DNA of 64,000 nucleotides from Pseudokineococcus basanitobsidens (lineage in GTDB: Bacteria; Actinomycetota; Actinomycetes; Actinomycetales; Quadrisphaeraceae): assembly GCF_037482545.1 (NCBI RefSeq), contig NZ_JBBIAA010000001.1, forward strand, positions 321,226-385,225, written 5' to 3'. The translations under genes and the position numbers were made by a program. How positions within the stretch are numbered: the stretch's first letter is position 1; each line of letters starts with the position of its first letter. The notes under the pieces are model-generated. The model saw only the letters and a list, made by a program, of their open reading frames with translations, made no database searches and was not told the origin of the DNA. Positions 9,169 to 18,118 of the stretch are shown here, piece by piece.

Positions 9169-10233
9169 GTGAACCCGCTCGACCTCATGGCCACGCTGCG
9201 TCCTGACGCCAGGACGCGGTCGGCGAGCCCGGAGAACCCCGCCGGCGAGCCCGGGGGCGGGGGTGGCGCCACCGACGGCACGGGGGCCGCGGCGGCGCGC
9301 GACCTGGGTCGGGGCTGGAAGGTGTCGCCCTCGGTCGAGGTCGCCCCCGGCGCCACCCACCCCCTGCTGGAGGCAACGGGCAGCGGTGTCGTGCAGCACC
9401 TGTGGGTGACGACGCACCCGCGCCACTGGCGCGAGCTCGTGCTGCGCATGCACTGGGACGGCGACCCGGCGCCGGCCGTGGAGGTGCCTCTCGGCGACTT
9501 CTTCGGCCAGGGCTGGGGCGAGTTCGCCCAGCTCTCCTCGCAGGTCGTGGCGGCCAACCCCCACGGCGGTCTCAACAGCTACTGGCGCATGCCCTTCCGT
9601 CGCGGCGCGCGCATCACCCTGGACAACCTCGGCGCCGACGCCGCGGTCGTCTACTACCAGGTCACCTGGTCGGAGGAGGAGGTCGGCGAGCACGAGGGGT
9701 ACCTGCACGCCCAGTGGCGCCGCGACCACCCCCTGGAGCGCGGGCGTACCCACGTCCTCCTCGACGGTGTGGAGGGCGCAGGGCACTACGTCGGCACCTA
9801 CCTCGCGTGGGGCGTCAACTCCTCCGGCTGGTGGGGCGAGGGCGAGGTGAAGTTCTACCTCGACGACGACGACGACCTGGCGAGCGTGTGTGGCACCGGC
9901 ACGGAGGACTACTTCGGCGGCGCCTGGAACTTCGACGTCCCCGGGCAGGGCTACACCACCTACTCGACCCCCTACCTCGGCCTGCACCAGGTGCTCCGGC
10001 CGGACGGGTTGTACCGCAGCCAGCAGCGCTTCGGCATGTACCGGTGGCACCTGCCCGACCCGGTGCGCTTCCGCAGCGCGCTGAGGGTGGACGTCCAGGC
10101 GCTCGGCTGGCGCTCCGGCGGCCGGTACCTGCCGCTCGCCGACGACATCGCCTCGACGGCCTTCCTCTACCTCGACCGGACGTCGACGTCGCGTCCGTCA
10201 GCGCCGGGGGTGGACGAGATGGAGGTGCTCTGA
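9169..10233 (+). CDS. GH172 / DUF2961 family glycoside hydrolase (difructose-dianhydride / alpha-furanosidase family)
   Basis: 354 aa. Shows DUF2961 hallmarks (WDGDPAPAVEVPLGDFFGQGWG, GTGTEDYFGGAWN) and is a paralog of 44724..45788. Last gene of the ABC operon. Confidence 0.8.
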   Translation: MNPLDLMATLRPDARTRSASPENPAGEPGGGGGATDGTGAAAARDLGRGWKVSPSVEVAPGATHPLLEATGSGVVQHLWVTTHPRHWRELVLRMHWDGDPAPAVEVPLGDFFGQGWGEFAQLSSQVVAANPHGGLNSYWRMPFRRGARITLDNLGADAAVVYYQVTWSEEEVGEHEGYLHAQWRRDHPLERGRTHVLLDGVEGAGHYVGTYLAWGVNSSGWWGEGEVKFYLDDDDDLASVCGTGTEDYFGGAWNFDVPGQGYTTYSTPYLGLHQVLRPDGLYRSQQRFGMYRWHLPDPVRFRSALRVDVQALGWRSGGRYLPLADDIASTAFLYLDRTSTSRPSAPGVDEMEVL

Positions 10234-11252
10234 CACGTCCGCGCATCCACCCCTGCGGGTCGGCGGGAGCTGCCCCGCACGAGCAGCCGCGCGTCGAGCA
10301 CCACCGTCCGTGCGGGGACGTCCGTAGCCTCGCCGCGCACCCGCTCCAGGAGCAGCTGCGCCGCACGCGTCCCGAGCTCGTAGGCCGGCTGCGCCACGAC
10401 CGTGACGGCCGGCTCGACCAGCGTGCTCCAAGGGGCGTCGTCGAAGGCGACCAGCCCGACGTCCGCTCCCATCCGGAGCCCATGGTCCGCCAGGGCCCGC
10501 AGGACGCCGAGCGCCATGAGCGAGTTGGCGACGAGGAGGGCGTCCGGCGGCTCGTCGGAGTCCAGCAGCGAGGCAGCGGCCGACCGACCGCCTTCCACGG
10601 TGAAGGGCGCCCTCCGGACCAGCGACCCGTCGGCCGACGGCGCCCCCACGGCGTCGCGGTACCCCCGCAGCCGCTCCTCCGCCGTGGCCACCCCCTCGGG
10701 GCCCGTGACGCAGGCCACACGGCCCCACCCCTCCTCGAGGAGGTGCCGTGCGGCGGCCCCGGCCGCCCCCCGCGAGTCGACGAGCACCGCGTCGACGGCG
10801 TCGGGCGACGGTCGGTCGACGCTCACGACCGGGATGCCCGACCGGACGAGCCGGGCGGCGCCGCACCCGGGCGCCGAGGGGGACAGGAGGACGCCGGCGA
10901 CCTGCTCCAGCTCGGCGACGGCGAGGTACTGCGCCTCCTTGGCGGCGTCCTCGTCGGTGTTGCAGAGCAGTACGGAGTAGCCGTTGGCCTGGGCGATGTC
11001 CTCGACGCCGCGGGCGACGGCGGTGAAGAACGGGTTGCTCACGTCGGCGATGAGCAGGGCCCAGACGTCGGTGCGCCGCCGCCGCAGGTTCCGCGCCACG
11101 CCGTTGGGCCGGTAGTCCAACGACGTGGCGGCCTCGAGCACCCGGCGCGCGAGCGCCGGGTCCACGGTGCTGACGCCGTTGAGGGCGCGCGAGGCTGTCG
11201 CGGGGGAGACGCCGGCCATGCGCGCCACGTCCGACAGCTTGGTCACACCCAC
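10167..11252 (-). CDS. LacI family transcriptional regulator
   Basis: N-terminal HTH (LSDVARMAGVSPATASRALNG) plus a periplasmic-binding-fold sugar domain. Its 3' end overlaps the convergent GH172 gene by 67 bp. Confidence 0.8.
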   Translation of the reverse strand: MGVTKLSDVARMAGVSPATASRALNGVSTVDPALARRVLEAATSLDYRPNGVARNLRRRRTDVWALLIADVSNPFFTAVARGVEDIAQANGYSVLLCNTDEDAAKEAQYLAVAELEQVAGVLLSPSAPGCGAARLVRSGIPVVSVDRPSPDAVDAVLVDSRGAAGAAARHLLEEGWGRVACVTGPEGVATAEERLRGYRDAVGAPSADGSLVRRAPFTVEGGRSAAASLLDSDEPPDALLVANSLMALGVLRALADHGLRMGADVGLVAFDDAPWSTLVEPAVTVVAQPAYELGTRAAQLLLERVRGEATDVPARTVVLDARLLVRGSSRRPAGVDARTCQSTSISSTPGADGRDVDVRSR

Positions 11253-11369
11253 CTCCCCCTCCGGCCCTCGCGGTCCACGACGGCGTGATCGGCCACCGAG
11301 CGTACTGAGTGCCCGCAGGGGGCAGGTGCTCTCGCGGGAGGACCTCGACCCCGGAGAGGTGGTCGAAGA

Positions 11370-11390
11370 TTACGTTGACGACCGACGTAA
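11370..11390. promoter_or_regulatory. AT-rich inverted repeat TTACGT-N9-ACGTAA (candidate operator)
   Basis: A locally AT-rich island 35 bp upstream of the GAGAGGAG Shine-Dalgarno of the substrate-binding protein gene at 11425. It lies between the divergent LacI gene and the ABC operon. Confidence 0.4.
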
Positions 11391-11424
11391 AGAGGCCTAC
11401 CGTCCTGCCCGACCGAGAGGAGCG

Positions 11425-12738
11425 ATGGAGCTCATGCCTGTCACCCCAGCGCGCCGAGCGCGCCCCCGTACCTCGACCCGGTCGGCCCTCGTCCGACTCA
11501 CCGCCGCGCTCGCGGCCGTCGCCGCCGGGACGACCGGCTGCACCTTCTCCAGTGCCGAGGCCGGCTCGGGCGACACCGTGCTGACCTTCTGGCACTACTT
11601 CCAGGGCGCCCAGCAGGAGTGGCTCGAGCGGCAGGTCGCCGACTTCGAGGCGGACCACCCCGGCGTCGACATCCAGCTCGTCGAGACCGTCGGGAGCCAG
11701 CACGTGCAGCGGCTGCTCGCCTCGACCGTCACGGGGACCACCCCGGACCTCTTCATCAACAACATCGTCGTCGACTACCCGACCCTGACGTCGGCCGGCG
11801 TGATGCTGGACCTGTCCCCCTACTGGGACGACTACGCCGACGCGGACCAGTTCCCCTCCTCCGCGGTCTGGCGCTCGGGGGACGCGGTCTACGACCTGCT
11901 CCCGTACAACAACCTGCTGGGCCTCTACATGAACACGGACGTGGCCGGTCGGTACGGGATCACCGAGCCCCCCGCGACGCTTCCCGAGCTCGCCCAGGAC
12001 CTCGCCGCGGTCACCGACGGCGGTGACGGCGGGCTCGCCCTGTCCGCGGCACCGTCCGTGGAGGGGGCGTGGCTCTTCGCCCCCGAGCTCCTGGGCGAGG
12101 GCATCGGGTACTGCAACTTCTCCGGACCGCAGGTCGTCGACAGCTTCACGCGCCTCGCCGACTGGGCCCGGGACGGGTACGTCCCGCAGGCGGCGGCCAC
12201 CTGGGACCAGAACGCCTCCTGGCAGCAGTTCATGACGGGGCGCTACGCCTTCGCCCTCAACGGGAACTGGCAGCTCGGCAACGTCGGGTCGGCCGACTTC
12301 GGCTACGTGACGGCGCAGTACCCGGCACCGGCGGACGGCTCCAGCACCGTCTACCCCGGCGGGGAGGGCTTCGCGATCGGCGCGACGAGCGAGCACCCCG
12401 ACCTCGCCTGGGAGTTCCTGCAGGACGAGGTGCTCTCCCGCGACGGCCTGCTGTCCCTGTACGAGGCGGCCGGCTCCATCCCCCTGCGCGCCGACCTGGC
12501 GGACTCCCCGCAGCTCGCCGACGACCCGGACGTGCAGCCCTTCGTCCGCGCGACCCGGAGCACGGCCGAGTGGCCGGACAACACGAGCACCGCGGAGATG
12601 CAGACGGCGCTCGGGGAGGCCGTCAGCGCCACCGTCTCCGGCCAGCTCGGCGGCCGCGCGGCGGCGCGGCAGGCGGTGGCGGACATCGGGCAGGCCCGGT
12701 CCGAGGGCGACGTCGTCGGCGGGGAGGCGTGCTCGTGA
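11425..12738 (+). CDS. sugar ABC transporter substrate-binding lipoprotein
   Basis: The ATG is preceded by GAGAGGAGCG. Has a signal peptide and lipobox (TTGCT) with the family-1 solute-binding fold. Confidence 0.8.
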   Translation: MELMPVTPARRARPRTSTRSALVRLTAALAAVAAGTTGCTFSSAEAGSGDTVLTFWHYFQGAQQEWLERQVADFEADHPGVDIQLVETVGSQHVQRLLASTVTGTTPDLFINNIVVDYPTLTSAGVMLDLSPYWDDYADADQFPSSAVWRSGDAVYDLLPYNNLLGLYMNTDVAGRYGITEPPATLPELAQDLAAVTDGGDGGLALSAAPSVEGAWLFAPELLGEGIGYCNFSGPQVVDSFTRLADWARDGYVPQAAATWDQNASWQQFMTGRYAFALNGNWQLGNVGSADFGYVTAQYPAPADGSSTVYPGGEGFAIGATSEHPDLAWEFLQDEVLSRDGLLSLYEAAGSIPLRADLADSPQLADDPDVQPFVRATRSTAEWPDNTSTAEMQTALGEAVSATVSGQLGGRAAARQAVADIGQARSEGDVVGGEACS

Positions 12739-13664
12739 CCACGCTCGGCGGGCGCACCCTCCCCGCGGCGACGAGGACCCCGAGGCGGCGTCCCGGACGC
12801 GTCCGCCGCCGGCCGCCGGTGGTGTTCCTGCTGCCGACGGCGGTGCTGCTCGTCGTCTTCGGCGCCTACCCGCTCCTCGTGCTCGTCCAGATGTCCTTCA
12901 GCGACGTCGGCCCCGCCACCATCATCGGACCCTGGGACTTCGTGGGCCTCGACAACTACGCCGACGTCCTCGGCGGGGCGGAGGTCTGGCGCTCCCTGCT
13001 GCGCACGGTGGCCGTCGCGGCCGTGCTGCTCCTGAGCAACCTCGTGCTGGGCTTCGTCGTGGCGTCCCTGCTGTCCTTCGAGGGGCGCGTGACCTCCCTC
13101 GTCCTCAGCGTCATGGTCTTCATCTGGGCCCTGCCCCCGCTGGTCAGCGGCAGCACCTGGCGCTTCCTCCTCGACGACACGGGGCTGGTCAACGCGGTCC
13201 TCGGCCTGGTCGGGGTGGGGCCGGTCCCCTGGCTCTCGGAGCCGCGGCTCGCGCTGTGGAGCGTGACCGCCGTCATCGCCTGGGGGGCGCTGCCCTTCTC
13301 GGCCCTGATCCTGCGGGGCGGCCTGCTCGCGGTCGACCCCCAGGTGGTCGAGGCGGCGGCCATCGACGGGGCCGGCTACTGGCGGACCCAGGTGCAGGTG
13401 GTGCTGCCGCTCCTACGGCCCACCCTGTGGATCCTCGGCATCCTCACCGTGCTCTACGCCTTCAAGAGCTTCGACTACTTCTACGTGCTCACCCAGGGCG
13501 GACCCGGCACGGCCACGAACACCCTGCCGGTGCAGTCCTACTACGCGGCCTTCACCGACTTCGACATGAGCACCGGTGCGACCGTCGCCGTGGTCGCGAT
13601 GGCCGTCGTCGTCGCCCTCGCCGTGCCGTACGTGCGCAGCCTCCGGCGGGAGGGGGACGCGTGA
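12735..13664 (+). CDS. sugar ABC transporter permease
   Basis: GTG start overlapping the upstream stop (GTGA). Has TM segments and an EAAAIDGAGYWRTQVQVVLPLLRP loop. Confidence 0.8.
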   Translation: MTTLGGRTLPAATRTPRRRPGRVRRRPPVVFLLPTAVLLVVFGAYPLLVLVQMSFSDVGPATIIGPWDFVGLDNYADVLGGAEVWRSLLRTVAVAAVLLLSNLVLGFVVASLLSFEGRVTSLVLSVMVFIWALPPLVSGSTWRFLLDDTGLVNAVLGLVGVGPVPWLSEPRLALWSVTAVIAWGALPFSALILRGGLLAVDPQVVEAAAIDGAGYWRTQVQVVLPLLRPTLWILGILTVLYAFKSFDYFYVLTQGGPGTATNTLPVQSYYAAFTDFDMSTGATVAVVAMAVVVALAVPYVRSLRREGDA

Positions 13665-14497
13665 ACCGCTTCGTCAGCGGCCCGACGAAGGGCCTCTTCG
13701 CCGTGCTGCGCGTCGTGCTCGCGCTCGCCTACCTCGTCCCGCTCGCCTGGGTCGTGGTGACGTCGCTCAAGAGCGGCCCCGAGGTGCTGCGGTCGCCCAA
13801 CGCCCTGCTCTTCACCCCCACGCTCGACACCTACCGGGACGTCGTGGGGGACGGGCTGGAGGCCATCGCCACGTCGCTGCAGATCGCGGTGCTCGTGACG
13901 CTCGTCGTCCTCGTCGTCGCGGTGCCCGCCGCCTTCGCGCTGGCCCGGCGGATCTCGCCGGTGTGGGAGCGGGTCATCGCGGTCGGGCTCGCCGTCCTGC
14001 TCGTGCTGCAGATGGTGCCGCAGCCGATGACGGTCATCCCGCTGTTCAGCGTGCTGGCGCAGTGGGGCCTGCTCGGGAACCTCGCCGGGCTGGTGCTCGC
14101 CGACATCGCCCTGCTCCTGCCCTTCGGGGTCATGCTGCTGCGCCCCTTCGCGCTGGCCATCTCTCCGAGCCTCTACGAGGCGGCCGAGATCGACGGCGCG
14201 TCCACCGTGCAGAGCTTCCGGCTCATCACCGTGCCGATGCTCTCGAACGGCATCTTCACGGTGATGAGCGTCATCTTCATCACGGCCTGGGGTGAGTTCG
14301 TCTACGCCATCAACTTCCTGCCCCTCGGCGTCGTCCCGCCGGTCTCCGGCCTCCTGGCGCAGCAGAACACCACCTACGCCGCCAACTGGAACGACCTCAT
14401 GGCGCTGGCTGTGCTCACCTCGCTGCCGCTGCTGGTCGTCTTCGTCCTCTCGCAGCGACGGCTGCGCAGCGGGCTGTCGCTGGGGGCGGTGAAGTGA
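13661..14497 (+). CDS. sugar ABC transporter permease
   Basis: GTGA-type overlap with the previous permease. Has an EAAEIDGASTVQSFRLITVPML loop. Confidence 0.8.
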   Translation: MNRFVSGPTKGLFAVLRVVLALAYLVPLAWVVVTSLKSGPEVLRSPNALLFTPTLDTYRDVVGDGLEAIATSLQIAVLVTLVVLVVAVPAAFALARRISPVWERVIAVGLAVLLVLQMVPQPMTVIPLFSVLAQWGLLGNLAGLVLADIALLLPFGVMLLRPFALAISPSLYEAAEIDGASTVQSFRLITVPMLSNGIFTVMSVIFITAWGEFVYAINFLPLGVVPPVSGLLAQQNTTYAANWNDLMALAVLTSLPLLVVFVLSQRRLRSGLSLGAVK

Positions 14498-15756
14498 CGG
14501 CGGCGGAGCCGGACGGGCAGCGGCCCGTCGTCGTCCTCGTGGGGGCGCTGGACACCAAGGCCGCCGAGTACGAGCACCTGCGGGACCGTCTCGAGTCCTC
14601 CGGCGTGCGCGCCGCGGTGGTGGACGTCGGGGTCCTCGGCCCGGTGCGCGCCGACGTCGAGGTCGACCGGCGTGCCGTCGCGGCCGCCGCTGGCGCGGAG
14701 CTCGACGCCCTCGTGGCCGCCGGCGACCGCGGCGCGGCCGTCACCGCCATGGCGCGGGGGGCTGCGGCCGTGGTCGCCCGGATGCACGCGGAGGGGAGGC
14801 TGCACGGCCTCCTGGTGGCGGGTGGGTCCGGCGCGGCGCACGTCATGAGCCGCTGCGCTCAAGCGCTCCCGCTCGGGTGCCCGAAGGTCCTCGTCTCGAC
14901 CGTCGTCGCCGGGGACACGCGGCCGTACGTGGGGACGAGCGACCTCGTGATGATGCACTCCGTCGTCGACCTCACCGGCGTCGACTCCATCAGCGCCGTC
15001 GTGCTGGCGAGGGCGGCGGACGCGTGCGCCGGCATGGTGTTCGGTGCCGTCGCTGCCCCGCCCACGGCGCCGGTGCCGGCGGACGTCGTCGCGTGCTCGG
15101 TCCTCGGGGTCACGACGGCCGGGACGGTCGCCGTCTCCGGCGACCTCCGACGCCGCGGCCTCGAGGTCCACGCGTTCCACGCCAACGGGACCGGCGGCCG
15201 CTGCCTCGAGGCGCTCGTGCGCTCCGGCCTCGTCACGGCCGTGGCGGACCTCACGCCGGGCGAGGTGGCGGACGAGGTGTGCGGGGGGGCCTTCAGCGCC
15301 GGCCCAGGCCGGATGGAGGCGGCGGGGGAGCGGGGCGTCCCCCAGGTGGTGAGCACCGGCGGGCTGGACATGGTGAAGTTCGGCCCCCGCGAGACACTCC
15401 CGGAGGCGGTGGCCGGGCGCCGGCTGCACGTCCACAACCCTGCGGTGACCCTCGTGCGCACCGACGCCCGGGAGTGCGCCGCGATCGGCGCCGTCGTCGC
15501 GGAGAAGCTGAACCGCGCCACCGGTCCGGTAGAGGTGCACGTGCCCCTCGGCGGCTGGTCCGAGCTGTCCGTCCCCGGCGGGCCCTTCCACGACCCCGAC
15601 GCCGACGCGGCGCTGGTGGACGCCCTGCGCGACGGTCTCGCTCCGCGCGTGGAGGTCCACCTGCACGAGGGCGACGTCAACGACCCGGTCTTCGCCACCG
15701 CCGTCGCCGCGGCGCTGGCGCGGACCGTCGAGCAGGACCACCGACCGAGGAGCTGA
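14494..15756 (+). CDS. UPF0261 / Tm-1-like ATP-binding family protein
   Basis: 420 aa. The N-terminus (PVVVLVGALDTKAAEY) is typical of the Tm-1-like family. GTGA overlap with the permease stop. Confidence 0.65.
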   Translation: MTAAEPDGQRPVVVLVGALDTKAAEYEHLRDRLESSGVRAAVVDVGVLGPVRADVEVDRRAVAAAAGAELDALVAAGDRGAAVTAMARGAAAVVARMHAEGRLHGLLVAGGSGAAHVMSRCAQALPLGCPKVLVSTVVAGDTRPYVGTSDLVMMHSVVDLTGVDSISAVVLARAADACAGMVFGAVAAPPTAPVPADVVACSVLGVTTAGTVAVSGDLRRRGLEVHAFHANGTGGRCLEALVRSGLVTAVADLTPGEVADEVCGGAFSAGPGRMEAAGERGVPQVVSTGGLDMVKFGPRETLPEAVAGRRLHVHNPAVTLVRTDARECAAIGAVVAEKLNRATGPVEVHVPLGGWSELSVPGGPFHDPDADAALVDALRDGLAPRVEVHLHEGDVNDPVFATAVAAALARTVEQDHRPRS

Positions 15757-15762
15757 GACGCG

Positions 15763-16665
15763 ATGGCAGCAGAGACCGACGGACCCACCGACGAGCGGGC
15801 GCACCGGGACGGCGCCGCGCCGCCGGGGCGACGCCTGGCCGAGCGGCTGCGGGCCAAGGTCGCCGCGGGGTCGCCGATCATCGGCGGCGGCGCGGGGACA
15901 GGCCTGTCCGCCAAGTGCTCCGAGGCCGCGGGTCTCGACTTCGTCGTCGTGTACAACTCCGGCCGCTACCGGATGGCGGGCCGCAGCTCGATGGCCGGTC
16001 TCATGCCGTACGGGGACGCCAACGCCATCGTCATGGAGATGGGCCAGGAGGTGCTGCCGGTCGTGCGCGACCTGCCGGTCGTCGCCGGCGTCTGCGGGAC
16101 CGACCCCTTCCGGCTCATGCCCGTCTTCCTCCGGCAGGTGCGCGACGCCGGCTTCTGCGGGGTTCAGAACTACCCGACCGTGTGCCTCTTCGAGGGCGTC
16201 ATCAGGGCGAACCTGGAGGAGACGGGGCTGGGCTTCGACCGTGAGGTGGCGATGATCGCGACGGCGCGCGAGCTCGACCTCTTCACCGCCAGCTACGTGG
16301 CCAACCCCGACGAGGCGGAGGCCATGGCTGCCGCCGGTGCCGACGTCGTCGTCGCCCACATGGGCCTGACGACCTCGGGGATGGTCGGCGCGCAGACCGC
16401 GATGACGCTGGAGCAGGCCAAGGCGAAGGTGGGGGAGCTCGCCCGCGCGGCGCGCTCGGCGCGGCCGGACGTGCTCGTCGTCTGCCACGGCGGCCCGGTC
16501 CACGGCCCGCAGGAGGCCGCCGCCGTCATCGCCGACGTGCCCGAGGTCGTCGGCTTCCTCGGCGCCTCGAGCATGGAGAGGCTCCCCACCGAGACGGCCA
16601 TGGTCGACCACATGCGCAGCTTCACGGAGATCGGGATGCCCGCCGGGCGCGGGGGCGGCTCGTGA
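15763..16665 (+). CDS. phosphoenolpyruvate hydrolase-like (TIM-barrel) protein, usual partner of UPF0261
   Basis: 300 aa (IIGGGAGTGLSAKCSEAAGLDFVVVYNSGRYRMAGRSS). The UPF0261 plus PEP-hydrolase-like pairing is a known but uncharacterised gene pair. Confidence 0.65.
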   Translation: MAAETDGPTDERAHRDGAAPPGRRLAERLRAKVAAGSPIIGGGAGTGLSAKCSEAAGLDFVVVYNSGRYRMAGRSSMAGLMPYGDANAIVMEMGQEVLPVVRDLPVVAGVCGTDPFRLMPVFLRQVRDAGFCGVQNYPTVCLFEGVIRANLEETGLGFDREVAMIATARELDLFTASYVANPDEAEAMAAAGADVVVAHMGLTTSGMVGAQTAMTLEQAKAKVGELARAARSARPDVLVVCHGGPVHGPQEAAAVIADVPEVVGFLGASSMERLPTETAMVDHMRSFTEIGMPAGRGGGS

Positions 16666-16976
16666 GCCACCGCATGGTCATCGTCTACGGGGCGCCCGAG
16701 GACCCGGCCGCGTTCCGCCGCTACTACGAGGACCACCACGTGCCGCTGGCCCGGGCCATGGCCGGGCTGACCCGGTGGGACCTCGTCTGGCTGGACCGCG
16801 GTGGCGACGGGGACGGCCGGTACGCGCTGGTGGCCGAGCTGACCGCGGAGAGCGCCGAGGCGATGGACCGGGTGCTCGCCACGCCCGAGGGCCGCGCCGC
16901 CCGGGACGACCTCGAGCGCTTCGTCACCGGGACGGTCGACTTCCTGCGCGGGGACGTCGAGGAGGTCGCGCTGTGA
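16662..16976 (+). CDS. EthD-like / Dabb-fold small protein
   Basis: 104 aa (MVIVYGAPEDPAAFRRYYEDHHVPLA). GTGA overlap upstream and downstream. Confidence 0.55.
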   Translation: MSHRMVIVYGAPEDPAAFRRYYEDHHVPLARAMAGLTRWDLVWLDRGGDGDGRYALVAELTAESAEAMDRVLATPEGRAARDDLERFVTGTVDFLRGDVEEVAL

Positions 16977-18118
16977 GCGGCGCCGGCCTCGTCGTCGCCG
17001 TCGCAGGCCTCGGCTTCGGTGCGGAGTTCGTCCCGATCTACCGGCGGCATCCCGAGGTCGCCGACGTCGTCCTCGTCGAGCCGGACGCCGCGCGGCGCGC
17101 GGCGGCCGCAGAGCGCTTCGGGCTGGGCCCCGGCTGCGCCGACGTCGCCGACGTGCTCGCGGACCCCCGGGTGGACGCGGTGCACCTGCTCGCGCCCGTG
17201 CCGCTGCACGCGGACCTGGCGGTCGCCGTGCTCGAGGCGGGCAAGCACTGCGCCAGCGCCGTACCCGCCGCCACGAGCCTGGAGGACCTCGACCGCCTCG
17301 TCGCGGCAGAGCGGGCGTCCGGACGCTCCTACATGATGATGGAGACGACGGTCTACGCCCGCGAGCTCCTGGCGGTCCGGGAGATGCACGAGCGCGGCGA
17401 GCTCGGCGAGCCGACGCTGTACCGCGGGTGCCACCTCCAGCAGCTCGACGGTTTCCCCGTGTACTGGCAGGGATTCCCGCCGATGCACTACGCCACCCAC
17501 GCGCTCGCCCCGGTGCTGTCCCTGCTCGGCACGACGGTCGAGCGCGTCAGCGCCCGCGGTGCCGGTCGTCTCACTCCGGAGCGCCGGACCGGCGGCTTCG
17601 ACAACCCGTTCCCGGCCGAGGCCGGCCTCTTCGCCCTGCGCGGTAGCGACGTCCTCGCGGACGTGACGGTCTCCTTCTTCCAGACCGCGCGCAGCTACGT
17701 CGAGGGCTTCTGCCTCTACGGCGACCGCCGCGGGGTGGAGTGGCCGGAGGACAACGAGGGCGACCTCACCGTCCACGACATGTCAGGTCCGGCGCCGGGC
17801 TCGCGGGGCAACCGGGTCGTGACGCGCCGGCTGGCCCCTCGCGACCGCCCCGAGCTCCTGCCCGAGCCGCTGCGGCCCTTCGTCCGGCCGACGGAGGTCC
17901 ACCTGCCGGGAGCGCCCGCACCGACGCGGGTCGGCGCCGACCACGGGGGGTCCCATCCCTTCCTCGTCGACGAGTTCGTCCGCAGCGCCGTGGAGGGTCG
18001 TCCCGCCGCCGTGGACGCCCGGACCGCCGCGGCGTGGACGGCGCCCGGCGTCTGCGCGCACACCTCGGCCCTCGAGGGCGGGCGGTGGGTGGAGGTGCCG
18101 GACTACCGGTCCTCCTGA
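16973..18118 (+). CDS. Gfo/Idh/MocA family oxidoreductase
   Basis: GTG start with a 4-nt overlap. Has an N-terminal Rossmann fold (LVVAVAGLGFGAEFVPIYRRHPEVADVVLVEPD) and a C-terminal GFO_IDH_MocA domain. Confidence 0.75.
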   Translation: MSGAGLVVAVAGLGFGAEFVPIYRRHPEVADVVLVEPDAARRAAAAERFGLGPGCADVADVLADPRVDAVHLLAPVPLHADLAVAVLEAGKHCASAVPAATSLEDLDRLVAAERASGRSYMMMETTVYARELLAVREMHERGELGEPTLYRGCHLQQLDGFPVYWQGFPPMHYATHALAPVLSLLGTTVERVSARGAGRLTPERRTGGFDNPFPAEAGLFALRGSDVLADVTVSFFQTARSYVEGFCLYGDRRGVEWPEDNEGDLTVHDMSGPAPGSRGNRVVTRRLAPRDRPELLPEPLRPFVRPTEVHLPGAPAPTRVGADHGGSHPFLVDEFVRSAVEGRPAAVDARTAAAWTAPGVCAHTSALEGGRWVEVPDYRSS

